Part shown: positions 8,364 to 14,934 of the stretch, piece after piece
Position numbering within the stretch: position 1 is the stretch's first letter
Layout: each line of letters begins with the position of its first letter
From: Escherichia phage EcS1
Reading direction: 5' to 3' (one strand)
Sequence record: NC_055721.1
DNA length: 64,000 nucleotides
Notes under the pieces: generated by a model
The model's database searches: none
What the model was told of the DNA's origin: nothing
Seen by the model: only the letters and a program-made list of their open reading frames with translations
Program-made: the position numbers and the translations under genes

Positions 8364-8525
8364 GTCTTTGTATAAACGTTCTAAGTAAACATGCTCCATC
8401 GGTTTAACGATTTCGCCTTGTTTCAATAATTGTGTTTGAATAGGATTCAAATTATAAAATTTGATCACATCTCTGAGATCTTGTTCGCTATAATTAAAAG
8501 TTCCTACTTCTACTCCGATTTGCAT
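8355..8525 (-). CDS. hypothetical small protein (56 aa)
   Basis: Small ORF between tRNA genes, not in the supplied track (below its length cut-off); stop overlaps the tRNA-Arg 5' end. Confidence 0.25.
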   Translation of the reverse strand: MQIGVEVGTFNYSEQDLRDVIKFYNLNPIQTQLLKQGEIVKPMEHVYLERLYKDGA

Positions 8526-8537
8526 AAGTATCCTTTT

Positions 8538-8624
8538 TGGAGCTAGGAGTGAGATTCGAACTCACGAAAGCATAACGCTACTGGATTTGCAATCCAGCGC
8601 CTTTGACCACTCGGCAATCCTAGC
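8538..8624 (-). tRNA. class II-type tRNA with anticodon GCA (Cys) and U73 discriminator
   Basis: 87 nt; acceptor GCTAGGA/TCCTAGC, Ser/Tyr-like D-arm GCCGAGTGGTCAAAGGC, anticodon stem CTGGA/TCCAG with loop TTGCAAA, 15-nt variable arm, T-loop TTCGAAT. Confidence 0.5.
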
Positions 8625-8626
8625 AA

Positions 8627-8754
8627 ATGTTCAGGTGGGAGTCGAACCCACACGATTGAAGCCTCTCATCGGGTTACCTCTTACTCAGCTGGGTGCTTAA
8701 ACCAGCGTTTCAAACAGAGTCCGCCAACATGTCTACCGATTCCATCACTGAACA
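8627..8754 (-). ncRNA. tRNA-like stable RNA candidate (about 128 nt)
   Basis: Perfect 7-bp acceptor-like pairing (TGTTCAG/CTGAACA) next to a canonical T-arm (GTGGG-TTCGACT-CCCAC) and a Leu-like D region (GGAATCGGTAGAC), but too long for a tRNA and without a clean anticodon arm. Confidence 0.35.
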
Positions 8755-8758
8755 ATTT

Positions 8759-8983
8759 TTACATATCTACTTGACAAAACCAGTTCATTTCAAAATATTC
8801 ATCAAAATGTAATGCAGGTTCTACTTGACAATTTTCTTCTAATAAGACCAAATTTCTTCTAACAATAGGGTCTAATGACGTGATGGTCAAAGCACTATCA
8901 TGATAGTAAATCAGAACACGAAGCGAATCTGTATCAACTAAATACCGAACATTCATATCAGGATGTTTGTAGAGGTTAATCAT
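8759..8983 (-). CDS. hypothetical protein
   Basis: 74-aa ORF upstream of the tRNA block. Confidence 0.4.
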   Translation of the reverse strand: MINLYKHPDMNVRYLVDTDSLRVLIYYHDSALTITSLDPIVRRNLVLLEENCQVEPALHFDEYFEMNWFCQVDM

Positions 8984-8989
8984 AACATT

Positions 8990-9436
8990 TTATCCTTGAA
9001 GCATTTCACGAACACGATAAAGATTAGAACAGAATTCTTGTTCAGTTAGAACAGTTTCATTCTTTTTATTCTTACCCATGCTATGAGTTAATGTTGAGTT
9101 ACGCGTAGCTAGGAGTGCTCTCTTGAATCCTTCATTCAAAGCCAGAGAATCATATGCTCGCTGAATTAAAGACGTATAGGCTATACTTTGACGTAAAATA
9201 GGGACACCTTTCCAGTACAACGTTTGGGTGCGCCACCAGTTCTTTTTCTTACCTTTGAACTTAGCTTTCTTACCAACTAATGTACAGACATGCTCTTGCA
9301 TTTCTACTGAAGAAAACTTCAATGATTGCAAGAAACCTTCCATTGATGCACACTGTACTCCATCAATTTCGAAAGCATGAGGAGCAAAGTTACTTAATGC
9401 ACAACTTGGGTACATTGAACCTGAACCAATATCCAT
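8990..9436 (-). CDS. NADAR-domain protein (YbiA/DUF1768-like)
   Basis: LSNFAPHAFEIDGVQCASMEGFLQSLKF and FKRALLATRNSTLTHS match conserved NADAR blocks (compare E. coli YbiA FSNFAAWPIKVDGKTWPTSEHYFQAQKF and LRALLLATAPAKLVEHT). Confidence 0.65.
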   Translation of the reverse strand: MDIGSGSMYPSCALSNFAPHAFEIDGVQCASMEGFLQSLKFSSVEMQEHVCTLVGKKAKFKGKKKNWWRTQTLYWKGVPILRQSIAYTSLIQRAYDSLALNEGFKRALLATRNSTLTHSMGKNKKNETVLTEQEFCSNLYRVREMLQG

Positions 9437-9527
9437 TATCCATTATTCCTTTGATGATAATAACAGCGTTTACATCGATACCAACCGAAATAATCTTTGT
9501 AGATTATTCTATTGCAGTTGGGACATT

Positions 9528-9782
9528 TCATGCTGGTTCTACCTCAGTCATTGTTGTCCGTTTCAGAACCACACAACCTTCTATTTCAGGGTCTTTCTTA
9601 ACCAGAACTCGTCCAGTAGGCGAAATAAGGCCAGTAATATGATTCAGAGCTTTAGCAGCATCATTGAAGCCATCAGCTTGCATAATCGTTCCGAATGAGA
9701 ACCCTTGATAGTGATTACTAAACTCGTAATAAGCGTATTCTTCACGAATAGGGCAATAAATCACATAATCAACATTCAGCAT
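9528..9782 (-). CDS. hypothetical protein
   Basis: 84-aa ORF. Confidence 0.4.
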   Translation of the reverse strand: MLNVDYVIYCPIREEYAYYEFSNHYQGFSFGTIMQADGFNDAAKALNHITGLISPTGRVLVKKDPEIEGCVVLKRTTMTEVEPA

Positions 9783-10114
9783 AAGTCACCTACACATTGG
9801 AGAGCACGATGGTGTGACCATATTTCTAAAGTCTTTTCGTTGGCTTTATTAATTCGACGAAGGTCATTTAAATTACCTTTAACATATAACCCAAGTTCAC
9901 TTAACAAATGATCGATAGTGAAATAAGAAATATCTCGCAGTGGAGCATAACGGAACTTAATGAAGTGCCATTCATCAAACTCGTTTTTGGTAAACGCATA
10001 ATCAGCATGCATCATGAGTTCGCGAATCGTTTCACGCATCAAAAAGACATTACCGTGATAAGAATCATTTATAGCAACAATATGTGGACCTACACCTAGA
10101 TAGATACGAGACAT
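9776..10114 (-). CDS. hypothetical protein
   Basis: 112-aa ORF preceded by RBS GAGGAAA. Confidence 0.45.
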   Translation of the reverse strand: MSRIYLGVGPHIVAINDSYHGNVFLMRETIRELMMHADYAFTKNEFDEWHFIKFRYAPLRDISYFTIDHLLSELGLYVKGNLNDLRRINKANEKTLEIWSHHRALQCVGDLC

Positions 10115-10133
10115 AATATTTTCCTCAGTCAGT

Positions 10134-10304
10134 TTATTCTACATCATATTCAACTACAAGCACTTCTTCATAATCTTCAGGATTAAGAGTTTTAATGTAG
10201 TCTTCTGCTTTTTCTTTACTCGATAGAATCTTTAATGGCTTTGAATATTCATCATATCCATATTCACAGTTAAACTCTGACATAACAACTGCGTATACTA
10301 TCAT
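10134..10304 (-). CDS. hypothetical small acidic protein (56 aa)
   Basis: ORF below the track cut-off; the same RBS (GAGGAAAATATT-ATG) as the downstream gene. Confidence 0.35.
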   Translation of the reverse strand: MIVYAVVMSEFNCEYGYDEYSKPLKILSSKEKAEDYIKTLNPEDYEEVLVVEYDVE

Positions 10305-10324
10305 AATATTTTCCTCATTTGAAT

Positions 10325-10401
10325 TGGTGGCCCTTGTCGGAGTCTAACCGACCTTACACCAGTTATGAGCTGGGCACTTTCACACGAAAGTATAAAGGGC
10401 C
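10325..10401 (-). tRNA. tRNA-Met-like (anticodon CAT), non-canonical D and T loops
   Basis: 77 nt with perfect acceptor stem and CCA, anticodon loop CTCATAA; D-loop lacks GG and T-loop is TTAGACT. Confidence 0.4.
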
Positions 10402-10458
10402 ATTATTAAAATATTTTTACTTTAATAATGGCCCTCTCCGAAGAGAGGACAGAGGGTA

Positions 10459-10743
10459 TTACTTACACATGAACTTAGCAACTTCATCGAAGCTGTTCAA
10501 GATGTAATAAGACTTAGGCGCACTGTATTCAGTAGGTTTAATAGTAATACGTACACGACCATGCAAGTCTTCAACTAATCCAACAACAGCACTTGAACGA
10601 ACAACAGCACGAGCAGTTGTAGGAATCTGACCGGTAGTCAGAGCTTGAAGTTCGGTGTCAATAAGGATTACAATACGTTCAGACATTTTAATTTCCATTT
10701 GTTGTTTCGATGTAGTAATAATAACATGATTATTTTGAAGCAT
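10459..10743 (-). CDS. hypothetical protein
   Basis: 94-aa ORF; start uncertain (internal Met candidates). Confidence 0.4.
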   Translation of the reverse strand: MLQNNHVIITTSKQQMEIKMSERIVILIDTELQALTTGQIPTTARAVVRSSAVVGLVEDLHGRVRITIKPTEYSAPKSYYILNSFDEVAKFMCK

Positions 10744-10801
10744 AACCGTTCAGAGACTAAAAAGCCCAGTACAAGATTTCTCTTGCCCGGGCGTCATTAT
10801 T

Positions 10802-10876
10802 TGGAGCAGCATATCGGACTCGAACCGATGTCGACTGGGTGGAAGCCAGTAATATTAACCACTATACGAATGCTGC
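10802..10876 (-). tRNA. tRNA-Gly (anticodon TCC)
   Basis: Acceptor GCAGCAT/ATGCTGC, anticodon arm ACTGG-CTTCCAC-CCAGT, T-loop TTCGAGT, CCA encoded. Confidence 0.7.
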
Positions 10877-10877
10877 A

Positions 10878-10951
10878 TGGCAGGCCCTGTAGGAATCGAA
10901 CCCACGTCGCTGAGGTTGGAGCTCAGAATGATACCACTATACCAAGGACCC
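10878..10951 (-). tRNA. tRNA-Trp (anticodon CCA)
   Basis: Anticodon arm CTGAG-CTCCAAC-CTCAG, T-loop TTCGATT, CCA encoded. Confidence 0.65.
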
Positions 10952-11102
10952 GTTGATTGTACGGAACGCCTGGATTCGAACCAGGTTACAAAGCAGTTGA
11001 CGCTCCTTTGTATTTTGTAAGGCCATCATCTCGACCATATCCGAACGTTTCGTCAAAAACGCTACTCGGCTTATGGCAAAGACAAATCCTCGAACCGATA
11101 AT

Positions 11103-11177
11103 TGGTGGGAGCTGTTGGTAACGATCCAACCTCTCGAGCTCTTCAGGCAAGCGCTAATCCGTCTCAGCTAAACTCCC
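11103..11177 (-). tRNA. tRNA-Phe-like (anticodon GAA), weakened anticodon stem
   Basis: 75 nt, acceptor GGGAGTT/AGCTCCC plus ACCA; anticodon loop CTGAAGA; two mismatches in the anticodon stem and an atypical T-loop. Confidence 0.4.
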
Positions 11178-11262
11178 AGATCCACAAGAACTTTACAAGC
11201 ATTGCGCTTAACCTTTTCAGGAAGTTAGGGTACTATTTCTAGTCTGTGGTTATCCCTATTTT

Positions 11263-11338
11263 TGGTGGGAATAGCTGGATTTGAACCAGCGACCTATCGC
11301 TTATCGGGCGAGTGCTCTACCAACTGAGCTATATTCCC
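11263..11338 (-). tRNA. tRNA-Ile (anticodon GAT)
   Basis: Acceptor GGGAATA/TATTCCC, D-arm GCTC-AGTTGGTA-GAGC, anticodon loop CCGATAA (C33), T-loop TTCAAAT, CCA encoded. Confidence 0.6.
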
Positions 11339-11344
11339 ATAATT

Positions 11345-11421
11345 TGGTCTCCATATAAGGATTTGAACCTTAGACCTCCTGGCCCCAAACCAGGCGCTCT
11401 ACCAAACTGAGCTACACGGAG
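11345..11421 (-). tRNA. tRNA-Pro (anticodon TGG)
   Basis: Anticodon arm CCTGG-TTTGGGG-CCAGG, T-loop TTCAAAT, CCA encoded. Confidence 0.7.
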
Positions 11422-11422
11422 A

Positions 11423-11668
11423 TTAATTTATATCAAATATGGTGCCATCTTTCCACATCATTGCGAAAAGAGGTGAAACTTTTGTTAAACGGTGTGCAAC
11501 TTTAACTTGACGGCTAAAACCTTCAATTTGAGCACCATAACCATTTATATCTAATACAAGACCAATATGAACTTTGCCAATATCAGACATACCATTTGAA
11601 GGTAATCCAATCATGACATAATCGTTAACTTCGATTTGTTTACCATATTTGTCAAATAATATCTTCAT
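11423..11668 (-). CDS. hypothetical protein
   Basis: 81-aa ORF embedded in the tRNA cluster. Confidence 0.4.
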   Translation of the reverse strand: MKILFDKYGKQIEVNDYVMIGLPSNGMSDIGKVHIGLVLDINGYGAQIEGFSRQVKVAHRLTKVSPLFAMMWKDGTIFDIN

Positions 11669-11693
11669 AATTATTTATTCACCATATTTTAAT

Positions 11694-11787
11694 TGGAGGA
11701 AGCTGTGAGATTTGAACTCACGGAACCTGTCCCCAGGACCTCTAGTTTTCAAGACTAGTGCAATAAACCAGACTCTGCCAAGCTTCC
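11694..11787 (-). tRNA. tRNA-Ser (anticodon TGA)
   Basis: 94-nt class II tRNA; anticodon arm CTAGT-CTTGAAA-ACTAG, long variable arm, T-loop TTCAAAT, CCA encoded. Confidence 0.7.
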
Positions 11788-11791
11788 GAAT

Positions 11792-11867
11792 TGGGGTGAC
11801 CTGTGGAATTCGAATCCACGACTACGAGAATCACAATCTCGAGTTCTACCAACTGAACTAAGGCCAC
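11792..11867 (-). tRNA. tRNA-His (anticodon GTG)
   Basis: Anticodon arm CGAGA-TTGTGAT-TCTCG, T-loop TTCGAAT, CCA encoded. Confidence 0.7.
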
Positions 11868-11967
11868 ATCAATATTCACTCAGCCACTTCGTGCGGACCT
11901 GTCTCGATATTACGTGTAGTGGATTAGCTAGTTCACACCACTATATCGTCTAGAATGAATATTAATT

Positions 11968-12043
11968 TGGCTAGAGCGCTTGGATTCGAACCAAGGAATA
12001 CCAGAATCAAAATCTGGTGTCGTAACCGCTTGACTACGCTCTA
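11968..12043 (-). tRNA. tRNA-Gln (anticodon TTG)
   Basis: Perfect acceptor TAGAGCG/CGCTCTA, anticodon arm CCAGA-TTTTGAT-TCTGG, T-loop TTCGAAT, CCA encoded. Confidence 0.7.
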
Positions 12044-12045
12044 AT

Positions 12046-12121
12046 TGGAGGCGAGTGATGGAATCGAACCATCGCGTAAAGGGATATGAACCCTTTATTC
12101 TACCACTGAAGTTAACTCGCT
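12046..12121 (-). tRNA. tRNA-Met (anticodon CAT), initiator-like features
   Basis: Anticodon loop TTCATAT closed by three consecutive G-C pairs (GGG/CCC); 1-72 position is an A-C mismatch; T-loop TTCGATT; CCA encoded. Confidence 0.55.
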
Positions 12122-12248
12122 ATTGTCCGGGTTCTCGAAGTAAAAACAAGTAGCTTGATGTAGAACACATAAAGTGGGAACAACTCACTTCATCTCCTAG
12201 CATTATTGTATGGAGACTCAAACTCATCTTCAAGAACTGCTTCGTATT

Positions 12249-12325
12249 TGGCGGACGTGCTTGGACTCGAACCAAGGACCTATCGCTTAACAGGCGACCG
12301 CTCTAACCAACTGAGCTACACATCC
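12249..12325 (-). tRNA. tRNA-Asn (anticodon GTT)
   Basis: Anticodon loop CTGTTAA, T-loop TTCGAGT, CCA encoded. Confidence 0.7.
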
Positions 12326-12329
12326 AAAA

Positions 12330-12461
12330 TTTACTTTCAGGGTTACTCGAAGCTCTCAAACCTTCCGGAAAGTCGAATAAGCATCTCATCCTCTCAGAAT
12401 CCCGTGCACAGGAAAAATCTTTATTAGGAGGAGACTAAATCAATATAACCCTGAAAGTAAA
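12330..12461. repeat. perfect 16-bp inverted repeat flanking a 100-nt spacer
   Basis: TTTACTTTCAGGGTTA (12330-12345) and its exact reverse complement TAACCCTGAAAGTAAA (12446-12461); the spacer contains the palindrome TTCCGGAA. Confidence 0.6.
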
Positions 12462-12475
12462 CTTACTTTCGAATT

Positions 12476-12552
12476 TGGTGGGACATCATGGACTCGAACC
12501 ATGGACACCCGGATTAAAAGTCCGGTGCTCTAACCAACTGAGCTAATATCCC
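12476..12552 (-). tRNA. tRNA-Lys (anticodon TTT)
   Basis: Anticodon arm CCGGA-CTTTTAA-TCCGG, T-loop TTCGAGT, CCA encoded. Confidence 0.7.
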
Positions 12553-13060
12553 ATAGATATTTATCTATAAATCTCTTAGCTTGAGTATGACTTATATTTA
12601 AACTTTTACTAAACTTGGTTAATGCACCTCGTTTAGTAAAATCTATTAAATTATAAGCTTCAATTCTAGAAGCAATTTCTTCTTCAGACAAAACCAAAGC
12701 ATGGTTTTCTGAAATCTTTTTACGAGATTCTGTTGTATGTGACATACCAGTAAAACCAAGAGTAGGTTTTAGTCTACCATTAGCTTTAGCGTCTTGTGCA
12801 TTTTGTTTATTTGTCGCACAATAAATGTTTTCTAATGAATAAGGACCTATATCGCCTTTACGACACATGCAATAATCCAAACTTGCTTTACCACGTAAAT
12901 GATATTTACCTGTTGATTTCCACCAAGTAAACCACTCATCAAAAGTTAGATTAAATTCAATACCACGAGCTTTGGCATGAACTTTTTGCATACGGTACTT
13001 TTCATAATCTTCCATACAACTCTCACAAATTGGCAGTGCCGACGGGATTCGAACCCGCAT
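12530..13060 (-). CDS. putative HNH-type homing endonuclease with NUMOD-like and HTH-like C-terminal motifs
   Basis: CxxC plus Cys/His-rich N-terminal region (CESC...DYCMCRKGDIGPYSLENIYCATNKQN), NUMOD3-like GFTGMSHTTESRKKISENH, C-terminal HTH-like segment; both ORF ends overlap tRNA genes, so the true start is probably the internal Met at about 13015. Confidence 0.45.
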   Translation of the reverse strand: MRVRIPSALPICESCMEDYEKYRMQKVHAKARGIEFNLTFDEWFTWWKSTGKYHLRGKASLDYCMCRKGDIGPYSLENIYCATNKQNAQDAKANGRLKPTLGFTGMSHTTESRKKISENHALVLSEEEIASRIEAYNLIDFTKRGALTKFSKSLNISHTQAKRFIDKYLWDISSVG

Positions 13061-13105
13061 GGTCTCCCGTGACAGGGGAGTATATTACCAAGTCTACCAC
13101 GGCAC
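13030..13105 (-). tRNA. tRNA-Asp (anticodon GTC)
   Basis: Perfect acceptor AGTGCCG/CGGCACT, anticodon arm CTCCC-CTGTCAC-GGGAG, T-loop TTCGAAT, CCA encoded. Confidence 0.7.
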
Positions 13106-13111
13106 TATTGT

Positions 13112-13187
13112 TTGGTACTCTGTAGGAGAATTGAACTCCTCTTCCCAGGTTGAAAACCTGGTGTCCTAACCGATAGACGAACAGAGC
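13112..13187 (-). tRNA. tRNA-Glu (anticodon TTC)
   Basis: Anticodon arm CCAGG-TTTTCAA-CCTGG, T-loop TTCAATT, CCA encoded. Confidence 0.65.
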
Positions 13188-13195
13188 TAAGAATT

Positions 13196-13284
13196 TGGTG
13201 CACCGAGAAGGACTCGAACCTACGAAGCTCATTACAAGCAGGAGATTTACAGTCTCCACCCTTTGCCACTCGGGTCATCGATGC
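13196..13284 (-). tRNA. tRNA-Tyr (anticodon GTA)
   Basis: 89-nt class II tRNA; D region CCCGAGTGGCAAAGGG and anticodon arm GGAGA-CTGTAAA-TCTCC resemble E. coli tRNA-Tyr; CCA encoded. Confidence 0.65.
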
Positions 13285-13394
13285 ATTGAAGACGTTATAT
13301 TTTATTTATATCATCGAAATGATATCGTCTTCGGCATGACTTGCTTCATTAGCAAGTCCATGTATTAATAATAACACTTAAAACTTAAAGCATA

Positions 13395-13628
13395 TTACAA
13401 ATCGCCACTTCCAACAACAGTGAATGAAGAATCAACAATTTGGTATTCACCACCACAACTGTAGCCTGATTCATTCTGTTTGGCTTCTACGGTCTTCATA
13501 GCTTCTTCAAGAGAATCGTATTCACCTTCAAGGTCGTTCAGCCCACCACGTGGGTAATAATTGTCCCACAAAAATAATTTATACATCTTCACGTTTCCAA
13601 GACATATGAATAACAAACAGACCAACAA
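13395..13628 (-). CDS. hypothetical protein
   Basis: 77-aa ORF; real start probably the internal Met (MYKLFLWDNYYPRGG...). Confidence 0.3.
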   Translation of the reverse strand: MLVCLLFICLGNVKMYKLFLWDNYYPRGGLNDLEGEYDSLEEAMKTVEAKQNESGYSCGGEYQIVDSSFTVVGSGDL

Positions 13629-13839
13629 GTAAAGCTAACATAAAACTACCAATATTTACTAAAGTAGCACCAGCAGCCATACCCATCATAGCGTAGTCCC
13701 ACTTGCCAAGTTCATCTTTAACTTCGTAGTTCTTTTTGAACCAAGTTTTAGCTTTCAAGAACAGTTCATTAACTTTTTGCATTTGCATTTGCAATTTTAT
13801 CCATAATGAATGATACAATACCAGATGCAAATGATGCAC
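13579..13839 (-). CDS. hypothetical small membrane protein
   Basis: ORF with one C-terminal transmembrane helix (MMGMAAGATLVNIGSFMLALLVGLFVI); start probably an internal Met. Confidence 0.35.
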   Translation of the reverse strand: MHHLHLVLYHSLWIKLQMQMQKVNELFLKAKTWFKKNYEVKDELGKWDYAMMGMAAGATLVNIGSFMLALLVGLFVIHMSWKREDV

Positions 13840-14020
13840 CTAGCACAATGATTGTTTCTTTAGTATCGATAACTCCAAGACTTCCAGCGAAGATTGCAGT
13901 ACCGACAGCTCCTAATGTTACTACACTTGCAATGTTACGAATCAGTTCACAACGTTTCATTTTACATCTCCATTTAGTTTGTAGGAGTACTATACCATGT
14001 TCAAATGGAGATGTAAACAC
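13769..14020 (-). CDS. hypothetical small membrane protein
   Basis: ORF with hydrophobic segments (VVTLGAVGTAIFAGSLGVI...); start probably at MKRCELIRN. Confidence 0.35.
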   Translation of the reverse strand: MFTSPFEHGIVLLQTKWRCKMKRCELIRNIASVVTLGAVGTAIFAGSLGVIDTKETIIVLGASFASGIVSFIMDKIANANAKS

Positions 14021-14021
14021 C

Positions 14022-14933
<912 letters not shown>

Positions 14934-14934
<1 letters not shown>

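Noticed and set aside
9280-9642. Plus-strand ORF 9280..9642 antisense to the NADAR gene
   Set aside because: It is antisense to a motif-supported gene, with no independent support.
10319-10956. Plus-strand ORFs 10319..10507 and 10645..10956
   Set aside because: They run antisense through tRNA genes and a minus-strand ORF; no RBS; the tRNA interpretation is far better supported.
11178-11262. Possible additional tRNA between the Phe-like and Ile genes
   Set aside because: No T-arm or acceptor pairing could be found by eye in this 85-nt spacer.
12206-12427. Plus-strand ORF 12206..12427
   Set aside because: It spans tRNA-Asn and the inverted-repeat element on the opposite strand; likely spurious.
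13023-13259. Minus-strand ORF 13023..13259
   Set aside because: It is entirely composed of tRNA-Asp, tRNA-Glu and tRNA-Tyr gene sequence.
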